IMG/VR virus record: IMGVR_UViG_3300048819_000060
Span: 1 to 46,338 of that record
Origin: a virus
Lineage: Duplodnaviria; Caudoviricetes
Reading direction: 5' to 3' (one strand)
DNA: 46,338 nucleotides
In this document: positions 28,358 to 37,103 of the stretch, one piece after another
How the letters are laid out: every line of letters begins with the position of its first letter
How positions within the stretch are numbered: the stretch's first letter is position 1
The notes under the pieces: generated by a model
Told to the model about the DNA's origin: nothing
What the model saw: only the letters and a program-made list of their open reading frames with translations
Database searches by the model: none
Translations under genes and position numbers: made by a program

Positions 28358-28587
28358 GCGTCCGGTCGGCTGCGCTTGTCGCGAGGATGGGCCATACCTG
28401 ATCCGTTCGTAACCGCCGGTTGTTGAACCTCAAGCGCCTGCGCCGGCTGCTGGGCGTCATTGAACTGTTCTTGCAACAACTGGATCAGCGGCGCCGCCAG
28501 CTTGTAAGGCCCCTCGGCGAGCAGATTGACGACAACTTGCCATTGCTGGGCTTCGAGCGTGAGAGAAATCTTGTCGGTTGGGCTCAT
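28354..28587 (-). CDS. Small hypothetical protein (77 aa)
   Basis: GGAG before ATG 28587; LTLEAQQWQVVVNLLAEGPYKLAAPLIQLLQEQ helical motif common next to fibre genes; ATGA overlap with the next gene. Confidence 0.7.
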   Translation of the reverse strand: MSPTDKISLTLEAQQWQVVVNLLAEGPYKLAAPLIQLLQEQFNDAQQPAQALEVQQPAVTNGSGMAHPRDKRSRPDA

Positions 28588-28608
28588 CTGTTCAGTCTCC
28601 AAACGTTG

Positions 28609-31600
28609 TCATGCGCCCATTACGCGAACAGACCATCCGAAGTATAGGCCCGGTGACGCCGTTGCGTTGGTTGAGATGGTGAATGTTGTCGAGGTTGCGG
28701 CGCTGACCCAGAAATTCGTGACCCCGGACGCCACGACGTTGGACAGCGCTACCAGTTGCACCTGCCAGGTGCCAGGCGTCGTCGACAGCCCATGCGAGAC
28801 GGCAATCGAGGACGTGCCAGCTACCAGCAGCACTTCACCCTGGTTGCTTGTTCGGTAGCCGGGATTGAACGCGACATTGCAGTTCACCCCGGTGGCGCCC
28901 ATGCTGATGGCCGTATTCGCCGTTGCGACCATGTTGCCGATGATTGTTATATCGTCGCCGGCCCCGGCGCCGATCATGATCTGATGGAGCTGGTGGTCCG
29001 CGAAGATGCCGCTTGGGCCGATATGGATGCCACTGAAGTGGAAATTTACGAGCCCCGCGGCAACATTGATGCCGTCGTAGGTATTCGCCGTACTGGTGCT
29101 GTTGCCGGAAATACAGCCGCCGATCTGGCGCCAGTTTTTGACCGAATTTTCGATATAGATACCGTGCTGACCACTGTTGAACCCGCGATAATTCGTCAGC
29201 ATGACCGTGTCGATAAAGCCGCCGGCGCCGTTCGCCACCATGCCATTGCTGGTGCCGGTCGAGCCCCAGCAGTTTTCCAACGCGATGCTGTAGATCGTGC
29301 CGGTGCCGCTGGTTTGCAGCAGCCATGGCGTGCCCGAGCAGGTGTCGCAGCAAACCTGCGAAAAGAACATGTATTCAACGGTCTGCCCGCTGCCCGGTGT
29401 CATCGCCACGCCATTGCCGCAGCGTATCAGGTCGCAATCGGTGACCCAGTCGCCGCCACTACTGGTGACCAGGATTCCCGCCGACGGCTGACCGGCAGGG
29501 TTGTCCATCAGGATTCGGTCTATGTAATGATCACCGCCCCCGCTGATCTTGATGCCAACGCCAGTGCTGACCACGCTGTTATAGATCAGGCCGTCAGCGG
29601 CAAATCCGCCCACATCCGCAAACTCGATACCGACAAAGCTGCCGACCAGATGAAAGTGGTGGATCTGCGTGTTCATCACGGTGGCGTCTAGGATGTAACG
29701 ACCGGCTGTCCGCGTCACCGTGCTGGTGATCGAGAAGTTGGACATGCCGGCATCTGTGCCGCTTGTGCCCGGGCTGAACACGAAGATGTCGCTGGTGGCG
29801 CTGGTCACGCTGAAGATCGTGGCGCTCGGTCCGACGCCAAGGATGTACTGGCCGGCGGCGATGTTGATCTGCCCGCTGACGGAAAAGGTGCCCGCCGGAA
29901 CGCAGAGAGTGCCGTTTCCCATGGCGGCCAGTGCGGCGATAATGCCCGTGGTCGAGTCCGTCGCGCCGGTCGGATCGATCCCGGAGAAGTCGAGCGCCGA
30001 AAACATATCCCCGAGCTTGGAGGCTAGCGTTCGGCTGACAGCGCCGGTGGATGCGCGCAGATACTGCGCGGTCAGCGTGCCCGACACGTTCAGCGTGCCC
30101 GCCACCGTTACCGCACCGCCAGCGATCGTGAGTGCGTTCGTGCCGCCGATGTTGAAGTAGTGCGCGTTGCCCGTGGAGACGGTGTAATTCAACGCGCTGG
30201 CGGTGACATTGAAGCCAAACGTGGTGCCCCAAAGCGCAATATGCTTCGAGCAGTCGGTGTTATTCGCGCCGACCTGCGAATTGAAACCGAGGCCGGTATT
30301 AATCGTCGTCAGGCCGCTCGCCATGATGCCAAGGGAGACGTTGCCGGCGCCGTTGCACAGCGCCAGGTCCGCGTCTACCGCCCGCGTCTGGCCGCGGATC
30401 AGCATGCCCCAGTTGCCGTCGGAGTAGAGCATCCCCGGCGCGAAGGTGCCGCCCGAGACGAACAGGCCGCCTGTGAAAGTTGCCGTGCCCGCGCTGATTG
30501 TGCCAGCACACGTCAGTGGCCCGTAGACGGTCATCGCGCCGGCCGGTGTGACGTTCCATGCCTGCACGATCGCCGCCGTCGCACCAGCGGTGCCTGTTGG
30601 CGCCACATAGAGCGACGTACCATTCGATCCGCCAAAGTAGAGCATTGCCCCGTAGTCGGAGGCGATGTATTTCCATCCGCCGCTATACGTCAGGTTCGAG
30701 CTATAATAAGCCCCGGCGCCGCCGATGTTGATGCCGCCCGTGAGCGTCGATATGCCCGACACGTTCAGCGCGCCCGTGACCGTCGTGGTGCCGGTGATCG
30801 CCGCGCCGCCGGCGTTGACGACGAGGCCGCCCGAGTTGACCGTCAGCAGGCCCGCCGTCCAGAACGATCCGGTCGGCCCCAGCGTCGCCAGCAGCGTTGC
30901 GCCCGGCGTGGACGTGCGCTGATACCACGAGAATGAAATTGCAGGTGGCCCGGCACTCCACTGGTTCCAGAAATCTACCTCACCACTACCGTTGGAGTAA
31001 TTCCAACTGAGCGCCGCGCCAAGCGCAGCAGCGGGGATGATACCGCCGGCGTTGCCCGCGACATACAGACCACCGTTCGCAGTTGTCAGGCCATTGACGA
31101 CCAACTGGCCCGTGACGTTGTAGCCGAGGTTTCCGTTTTCGCTCTCCAGCGAGAGGTAGCCACCAGAAGTGGCATAGCCGACATAGCCCTGCCGCGTGCC
31201 CGAAGGATTGTAGAACGCGACGTAGCCGGTGTTTGAGGCTCCGCCAGTGTAGAGCCCTACTAGGCCGATCGACGCACCGGAGGTGAAGATGGAGGGCGCA
31301 GAAATATTCCCGCTGAACGTCGCCCCCGCCAGCAGCGCATAGGGCGCCAGCAGCGAGGTGATGCCCGCGCCAGAGACGGTGCCCGCAACGCTCAGCGTGC
31401 TACTTAGTGTCGTGGGGGTCGCGACCGTCAGCGCTCCGCTGGTCGAGAAATAAGCGAACTGCGTATATTGCGATTGCAAGGTCGCATTGAGAGAATACTG
31501 ACCGAACGAAATCTCGCCGCCCGTGTAAGCGAATAGCGCGCTCTGGTAGACGCTGTTCGGACCATAGCGAAGTTCGAGGCCCCAGTTCGTATCCTGCCAA

Positions 31601-32565
31601 ATTCCGAGCGTGGGATTGCGTGTCGTGGTCGATAGTGTCCAGCTACTGGCTACAAATGTGCTGTTGCCGCGATAGACAATGCCGGTCAGCGTAGAAGCAC
31701 CCGACGCCGCCAGCGTCGTGAAGCTTCCCGAGGAACCCGAGATGGGCGATGCGGTAATGCCGTTCGCCATCGTGACGAGGCCGCTGGCGCGGGAGATCCA
31801 GAATGGGTTTCCGTTAAAGGCCCCGGCGTCGCTGAGTGCCTGGATGTAGAAATCGGAACCAGTATTGCTTCCGCTTTCCGTTCCAGCAGCCGCCATCACC
31901 AACCAGCGCCCGACACCCGCCGTTTGGAAAGCGACTTGACGCTGGTTGCCCGCCGCGCCGGTTATGGCGAGCGTTGGATTGTAGATTGTGCTCGAACCGA
32001 CCGTCAGCCCGATCGGTATCGTCATCAGGCCCGTCTGGCTGACCGAAAAAGCCGGCACGGACGTCATCGCCGCCCCTGCGGTGCCCGAGGGCGCGACGTT
32101 CAGCGAGACAACATCGCCAGTTGTGCCATCGGAGCGGAAATACCAGGCGAAATCCGTCGCGATGTATTTCCAGCCGCCGGAATAGACTGCGTTTGAACTA
32201 ACGATATTTCCCACGCCGCCGAGCGTGATGCTGTTTGCCACCGTTAGGCTACCGCTCGCACTTAGCGTTGTGAACGAGCCGGTGCTGCCGCTGATCGGTG
32301 TGCTGGTGATGCCGTTCGCCGACAGCACGCCAAGATCGGTCACAGCCAAAATGACGGAGGTGTAAGCGCTGTTGATGATCTGGAACTGGCCGCTAGTCAC
32401 GCGCAGGAACTTGCTAGGCGTGGTCGAGCCGTTGCCGGTCAGTTCGATGCTGACACCGTTCGCCCCGGTGTTCGTGATCGACAGGCTGGTCAGATTGCCG
32501 CTCGCGTCGGCGACCGAAAGCGGGTTATCGAACGTGTAGCCCGTGCCAAGATAGGTCCGCGCCAT
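28609..32565 (-). CDS. Long tail fibre/tailspike with C-terminal pectate-lyase-like beta-helix (1318 aa)
   Basis: G/S/T-rich fibre with internal repeats, then SRTLASKLGDMFSALDFSGIDPTGATDSTTGIIAAL...LCVPAGTF (beta-helix cap) and parallel beta-helix-like rungs. Confidence 0.85.
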   Translation of the reverse strand: MARTYLGTGYTFDNPLSVADASGNLTSLSITNTGANGVSIELTGNGSTTPSKFLRVTSGQFQIINSAYTSVILAVTDLGVLSANGITSTPISGSTGSFTTLSASGSLTVANSITLGGVGNIVSSNAVYSGGWKYIATDFAWYFRSDGTTGDVVSLNVAPSGTAGAAMTSVPAFSVSQTGLMTIPIGLTVGSSTIYNPTLAITGAAGNQRQVAFQTAGVGRWLVMAAAGTESGSNTGSDFYIQALSDAGAFNGNPFWISRASGLVTMANGITASPISGSSGSFTTLAASGASTLTGIVYRGNSTFVASSWTLSTTTRNPTLGIWQDTNWGLELRYGPNSVYQSALFAYTGGEISFGQYSLNATLQSQYTQFAYFSTSGALTVATPTTLSSTLSVAGTVSGAGITSLLAPYALLAGATFSGNISAPSIFTSGASIGLVGLYTGGASNTGYVAFYNPSGTRQGYVGYATSGGYLSLESENGNLGYNVTGQLVVNGLTTANGGLYVAGNAGGIIPAAALGAALSWNYSNGSGEVDFWNQWSAGPPAISFSWYQRTSTPGATLLATLGPTGSFWTAGLLTVNSGGLVVNAGGAAITGTTTVTGALNVSGISTLTGGINIGGAGAYYSSNLTYSGGWKYIASDYGAMLYFGGSNGTSLYVAPTGTAGATAAIVQAWNVTPAGAMTVYGPLTCAGTISAGTATFTGGLFVSGGTFAPGMLYSDGNWGMLIRGQTRAVDADLALCNGAGNVSLGIMASGLTTINTGLGFNSQVGANNTDCSKHIALWGTTFGFNVTASALNYTVSTGNAHYFNIGGTNALTIAGGAVTVAGTLNVSGTLTAQYLRASTGAVSRTLASKLGDMFSALDFSGIDPTGATDSTTGIIAALAAMGNGTLCVPAGTFSVSGQINIAAGQYILGVGPSATIFSVTSATSDIFVFSPGTSGTDAGMSNFSITSTVTRTAGRYILDATVMNTQIHHFHLVGSFVGIEFADVGGFAADGLIYNSVVSTGVGIKISGGGDHYIDRILMDNPAGQPSAGILVTSSGGDWVTDCDLIRCGNGVAMTPGSGQTVEYMFFSQVCCDTCSGTPWLLQTSGTGTIYSIALENCWGSTGTSNGMVANGAGGFIDTVMLTNYRGFNSGQHGIYIENSVKNWRQIGGCISGNSTSTANTYDGINVAAGLVNFHFSGIHIGPSGIFADHQLHQIMIGAGAGDDITIIGNMVATANTAISMGATGVNCNVAFNPGYRTSNQGEVLLVAGTSSIAVSHGLSTTPGTWQVQLVALSNVVASGVTNFWVSAATSTTFTISTNATASPGLYFGWSVRVMGA

Positions 32566-32575
32566 GACTTGCTTC

Positions 32576-33877
32576 CTAGCCGAGCACCGTCACCCGCAGC
32601 GAGGACGCCACCGGCGCGACGGCAAACCCAAAGGTGGCTGTCGTGGTGCTCGTGGCCGCCATGTCGCAGTCCACGACCGAATAGGGTGTCGAAGCCAATC
32701 GGCACGACATCACAACATCCTGGGTGTTGAGGTTATGCGTCACCACGATCTGCGTGGTCGTGCCATCCCCGATCGTCCCGCTGTATTTGCGCGTGACCAC
32801 GGTCGTGTCGATCCCGAGACCCGATCCCGAGACCACGAGACCACTGGCCGATTGCAAATTGATCGAAAACGCCGAGCCGGTAAGCATCAAACCGTTGCCG
32901 GCGGTGAAGACCGAGGCAGCGGAGAATTGCACCAACGTAATATTCGTCGTGCCGATGGTGATCGTGCCGGTATTGCTGCACCGCCACTGCGTCCCGCCGT
33001 TGGTCCCGCCGTTGATGACGAGCCACATCGCGCCTGGCTCGATCTCGCCCGGGGCGCTGCCGTCGTCCACCACGCGCGTCCACGCACCCGAGGCGGCGTT
33101 GTAGACGCCGTTCGCGGTGGCCGGTGTCTGGCCTGCGACCAGCACCCGGTCGTTGGCCAAGGTGGTATACCCGTCAATGGTTTGCAGGCCAGACAGGGTG
33201 ATGCTGCCGGTCGCGATGCACTGCACCGGGGGTTTGCTGGCGATGCCCGCCGCGGCACTTTGGATCTGGGCGATGACCCACGAGTATTCCGCCGCCTGCC
33301 CCGCCGCACTCGGGCCGGTGTTCAGCCCCGTGAGCGTGTAGCCGGACATCGCGATATTGCCGGTTGGCACGGCAAACGTGTTCAGCGGGCGGGTGTTGAC
33401 CCAGGTGTATTCGGCCGCGTCGCCCGCCGTCGATGGCGTGCCGATGTTCTGGATCTTGAAGCCGCCGTTGCCCCAGTTCGCCGTCGTCGCCGCCGCGCCC
33501 GCGATCGTGTTGAGGTTGCGCCCGGTGACGAAATCCCAGCTCGCCGCTTGTCCGGTCGAACTTTGCGATGTTGCCAGCCCGGTGATCTGGTAGCCGCCCA
33601 TCGCCAGGTTGGCCGTTGGGGCGGCGAACTGATTGAGGTGGTATCCCAGCACCGTGCTAGCAAAAGCCGGGATCGCCGAGACTGGAATGATCGTGCTCAG
33701 CGAGGCGTCGGTCGGCTGCCAGGTCGTGCCGTTCCAGACCCAGGCGGCGTTGTTGACGGTGTTGTAGTAAACCTGCCCGACGACCGGCGAGCTTGGCGCG
33801 GTGGCGAGGTTCTGCAACTGCGGATTGAGCAGTTGGTTCTGGTTCATGTTGATCGATGTCAAAAACGAACGCGACAT
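32576..33877 (-). CDS. Tail fibre-like structural protein (433 aa)
   Basis: MSRSFLTSINMNQNQL..QNLATAPSSPVVGQVYYNT, three MGGYQITGL-type repeats, ITLSGLQTIDG..LANDRVLVAGQ..ANGVY and VTHNLNTQDV. Confidence 0.82.
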   Translation of the reverse strand: MSRSFLTSINMNQNQLLNPQLQNLATAPSSPVVGQVYYNTVNNAAWVWNGTTWQPTDASLSTIIPVSAIPAFASTVLGYHLNQFAAPTANLAMGGYQITGLATSQSSTGQAASWDFVTGRNLNTIAGAAATTANWGNGGFKIQNIGTPSTAGDAAEYTWVNTRPLNTFAVPTGNIAMSGYTLTGLNTGPSAAGQAAEYSWVIAQIQSAAAGIASKPPVQCIATGSITLSGLQTIDGYTTLANDRVLVAGQTPATANGVYNAASGAWTRVVDDGSAPGEIEPGAMWLVINGGTNGGTQWRCSNTGTITIGTTNITLVQFSAASVFTAGNGLMLTGSAFSINLQSASGLVVSGSGLGIDTTVVTRKYSGTIGDGTTTQIVVTHNLNTQDVVMSCRLASTPYSVVDCDMAATSTTTATFGFAVAPVASSLRVTVLG

Positions 33878-33890
33878 GGCCGGGCGCCTT

Positions 33891-34640
33891 TCAGTTCAAA
33901 TATGCGATGCCGCTGAACGCGCCGGCAAAACTAAGCGTGATCGTGTTGGCGTCAGTATAGATAACGTCGCCCTCGACCATGTTGCCGGTCGAATCCACGA
34001 CAGCAACGGACGGGAACCGGTCGAGGTCGTGGTCCACCGTCCAGGTCGCCAGCGGCGCCACCTGGGTGAACGTGAAGGTCTCCGCGCCGCCCGAAGAAAC
34101 ATCTTGCCGGGACGGCAGCATGGCGAGCGTCATCGCGTCCGCCAGATCCCCCTCCAGCGTCGCCGCCTGCCCGCGCGTGTCGCGGATTGAGTAGAGCAGG
34201 GTTTCGTCGTCGGTGGCGGTGGCGGTGGCGCTGAGTGTGCCGGCGGTCAGCGTCAGGTTGTCGCCGATCGCGATACCGCCCGGCGTGGCGGTCACCGTCC
34301 CGGCGTTGCCGGCAAGTGTCATCGGGGCGAGCGGCGCGGCGACAAGCGTGCCGTTGCTGGTCGCCAGCCCGCCGCCAATCGGCACGATCGCCGGTTGCGC
34401 CAGCACCGTGCCCGCGTTGCCGATCAGCGAGCCGGCCGGCAGTTCCGGCGATGAGATGGTGCCGCCGTTGGTCAGTGTGCCATCATTGAAGATGGCGTTC
34501 GCCTTGACCGTCAGCGGGGCGGCGGTCTTGCCGGACTGCCCTATCAGGCTGTCGATCAGGCGCCACCAGTTGCGCGTCGGCAAGCCGTTGGCATCGACCA
34601 TCGGCTCGCGCGGCGAAAGGCTTTGCGGCGGCTTGCTCAT
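33891..34640 (-). CDS. Tail protein at the gp26 (needle) position with fused C-terminal beta domain (249 aa)
   Basis: ATG 34640 (ATGA overlap); N-terminal PMVDANGLPTRNWWRLIDSL; C-terminal FTQVAPLATWTVDHDLDRFPSVAVVDSTGNMVEGDV...FSGIAYLN. Confidence 0.72.
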   Translation of the reverse strand: MSKPPQSLSPREPMVDANGLPTRNWWRLIDSLIGQSGKTAAPLTVKANAIFNDGTLTNGGTISSPELPAGSLIGNAGTVLAQPAIVPIGGGLATSNGTLVAAPLAPMTLAGNAGTVTATPGGIAIGDNLTLTAGTLSATATATDDETLLYSIRDTRGQAATLEGDLADAMTLAMLPSRQDVSSGGAETFTFTQVAPLATWTVDHDLDRFPSVAVVDSTGNMVEGDVIYTDANTITLSFAGAFSGIAYLN

Positions 34641-35209
34641 CGCTTGCTGCGCAGCCGCGCCAGCGCTTCGCCCGGCAGGAACGCCGTGAGGTCGTCGGCC
34701 CGCGCCATGCCCGCCCGAATGGCAGCATGCACGTCGGCCTGAATGTTCTCGCCCTGGAGGTCGGCGATGCGCGCGGGATCGATGAACGCGCCGGGCATCA
34801 GGTAGTCCAGGCACGCGATCACCGTGTCGGTATCGGCCAGCGCCGCGTATGGCACACGCCGGATCAGCGAATGGCGGTAGGCCAAGGCTTCCGCCAGCAG
34901 ATCGCAGAAGTTCGAGCCCCCGAGGCCGATCCTGGCCAATGACGCATCGACCTCGGCAATCGGCCGGTCGATGATCAGCGTGCGCACCTGCCGGCGGGTG
35001 ATCTCCGGCAGATGAAAGCCCAGCCCGTGATCGGAGATGCCGACGTGCTCGAAGCCCCCGTGGCCGTGCCATATCTCGTCGAACACGTCGTCCCAGCGCG
35101 CCAGGTGCATGGTTGGCTCGTGGTAGCAGACCGCCGTGCCGTCGGTGGCCGCCACCGCCATCCATGCGGTTCGAGACCTGGGTAAGCCGGTGATCAAGAA
35201 CGCCGTCAT
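34637..35209 (-). CDS. Sulfotransferase-like P-loop protein (190 aa)
   Basis: ATG 35209 after GGGGAG; FLITGLPRSRTAW resembles the 5'-PSB loop (GxPRSGT), followed by CYHEP and IIDRPIAEVDASL. Confidence 0.7.
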   Translation of the reverse strand: MTAFLITGLPRSRTAWMAVAATDGTAVCYHEPTMHLARWDDVFDEIWHGHGGFEHVGISDHGLGFHLPEITRRQVRTLIIDRPIAEVDASLARIGLGGSNFCDLLAEALAYRHSLIRRVPYAALADTDTVIACLDYLMPGAFIDPARIADLQGENIQADVHAAIRAGMARADDLTAFLPGEALARLRSKR

Positions 35210-35222
35210 CAGCCGGGCTCCC

Positions 35223-35270
35223 CGGCGTCGATGCGTAAATACGTCATGAGCTGATGGCTTTTTAACGTCA
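35223..35270. repeat. 8-bp periodic repeat array in an intergenic gap of the tail operon, copy 5
   Basis: cggcgtcg atgcgtaa atacgtca tgagctga tggctttt taacgtca; fills the gap between two otherwise tightly packed genes. Confidence 0.65.
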
Positions 35271-37103
35271 TGAAACGTCGACCTCGGCATCAATGATGGC
35301 GACCGCGAACGGATCGCTGCTGCTGAGTTCGAAATAGCGATCGCTGCCGCCGAACCTGCGCGTCATGCCGAGGCGGTTGAACTTCACGCTCTGCGTGGTC
35401 GCGCCAAGTTCGCCGACCGGCTGGAACCGCTGCTCAGACCAGGTGCGCCCGCCATCGTCGGACCAGCGCAGCATGACCTGGGGCTTCGTCCCGGCGGGCA
35501 CGCCCTGGCCGGTCTGCATGTTGATAACGAGCGAGGCGAACCGCTTGGCGGCTGGACTGTTGCCCGCGACCGCGCGCCACCGCCGCACCCATCGACGCTG
35601 CGTGCCGTTATCGGTGAGCGTGGCCGGATTGAACGCATAGAGGTTGCCGGTTCGGTAGTCGCCCAGCACGCCGTTCCCGGGCGAGCCGGTGACGAACGTT
35701 ACGGTTGTCTCGGACGCCTGGGGCGGATTGCTCGGCCCGGCCGCGAGCGTGCCGGCGGAGACGGTGAACGGACCGCCGCGGCCGTTGTCAGCGGCGAAAC
35801 TCGACGGTGTGCCGTTCGAGGTCAGGAACACCGGCGGGGCGACCTGAAATGGCGCCGAGCCGTCCGCGCCGAGGTTCTGCGCCGCACCGACCTCGGAGAT
35901 GAACCTGCGCCGGTTCGACACCACGGTCAGATCCACGAAGGCAGCGGTCGGGCTGAACCAGAGATCCGCCACGATGACCTTCTGCGGTGGGGTATAAACC
36001 CCGCTCAGCAGGAACCACGCCGGCCCGAAGCTGCTTGGCGTGCCGCTAACGGGGGTCGGGTTCGGGGAGCCAGCCACGCTGCCGTAGACCACGACGAGCG
36101 CCAACTGGTCCGAACTGGCCACGCCAACGCCGCTGGCATTATCGGTCACCGTGGCAGTGGTTCCGGCCATCGTGTCGATGATGAGCGCGCCGGTGCTGTC
36201 GACGACTGGCAGTCCACCGCCCACAATGCTGAAATTATTCAGCGCAATGGCGGGCGACGGATTGATGATGTTCCACAGAATCGCACCGGTTGCGACATCG
36301 ACTTTGACCAACCGCCCGCCCGGCCCGGTCGTGCCTACCGCGACGATGACGTTGCCGTCCATCGCGTCATACCCGATCGCGCTGGCGGACACGTACGTCC
36401 ATGTCGGATCGATGGTGGCGACCGGGATCGAGGCGATCAAAGCGGTCGTGATGGCGGGGTTCTGGGTTGGCCAGGAGCTGATGTTGTAGGCCGACGCCGC
36501 CGGCAGAATGGTGACCGACTGAACGGTCAGGTAAGCGGGTGTCCCGTCGCTGTTCGCGGCGGGATCAGACGCCAGATAGACCGCACCGCCTGCCGCGCCT
36601 GATGTCCCCCGGCACATCACGTGGGCCTTGCAGATCGTCGACATCTGGAACCCCGCCGGCGCCAGCGTGTCGACGCGCACGACAGACAGCGTGTCGGAGA
36701 TGAACGACTTCATCACCGCATAACTGACGGTGCCGGCCTGCACGCAGATGATCTGCTGTGCGACGACGAGGCTGCTCGGATACGAGGGAAAGCTGCCGAA
36801 GCTGCCCCATGTGGCTAGCTGTGCGAAGCTGGTCTGGTCGAACTTGTAGATCGGCGCCGCATTGTAGCCCCCCGGCTGACAGATGATGTTGCCGGTCAGC
36901 GGGTCGATATCGAGCGCCTGGATGCCGAAGGTCAGCGTGGTGGAGCCGATCGGGCTTTGCGTCTCCATCGTCGCGGCGAAGCTGTAGATCGTGCTGTTCC
37001 TGTAGAGATAGATGCGCCCACGCGCCCAGTCGACACAGGCGTACGAGGCGGAGCCGCCCGGTGGCAGATTGAGTTGCGCCGACTGGCTGGCGAATGTCGT
37101 CAT
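35268..37103 (-). CDS. Tail protein: beta-rich domain + second half of lectin-like insert + C-terminal part of P22 gp10-like hub (611 aa)
   Basis: ATG 37103 overlaps the upstream TGA. The last ~130 aa (GDYRTGNLY...MQTGQG..PQVMLRWSDDGGRTWS...VGELG...FNRLG...FELSSSDP) are the typical gp10-family C-terminus. Confidence 0.8.
   Translation of the reverse strand: MTTFASQSAQLNLPPGGSASYACVDWARGRIYLYRNSTIYSFAATMETQSPIGSTTLTFGIQALDIDPLTGNIICQPGGYNAAPIYKFDQTSFAQLATWGSFGSFPSYPSSLVVAQQIICVQAGTVSYAVMKSFISDTLSVVRVDTLAPAGFQMSTICKAHVMCRGTSGAAGGAVYLASDPAANSDGTPAYLTVQSVTILPAASAYNISSWPTQNPAITTALIASIPVATIDPTWTYVSASAIGYDAMDGNVIVAVGTTGPGGRLVKVDVATGAILWNIINPSPAIALNNFSIVGGGLPVVDSTGALIIDTMAGTTATVTDNASGVGVASSDQLALVVVYGSVAGSPNPTPVSGTPSSFGPAWFLLSGVYTPPQKVIVADLWFSPTAAFVDLTVVSNRRRFISEVGAAQNLGADGSAPFQVAPPVFLTSNGTPSSFAADNGRGGPFTVSAGTLAAGPSNPPQASETTVTFVTGSPGNGVLGDYRTGNLYAFNPATLTDNGTQRRWVRRWRAVAGNSPAAKRFASLVINMQTGQGVPAGTKPQVMLRWSDDGGRTWSEQRFQPVGELGATTQSVKFNRLGMTRRFGGSDRYFELSSSDPFAVAIIDAEVDVS

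Noticed and set aside
28609-32565. Diversity-generating retroelement or invertible tail-fibre cassette
   Set aside because: No reverse transcriptase, invertase or near-identical template/variable repeat pair was seen; the internal repeats are diverged at protein level.
33891-35165. 424 aa ORF as listed (likewise the long 5' extensions of 6166-7617, 2820-4253 and 42125-43516)
   Set aside because: The extensions overlap neighbouring real genes in another frame; coupled starts at 34640, 7110, 2865 and 42278 fit better.
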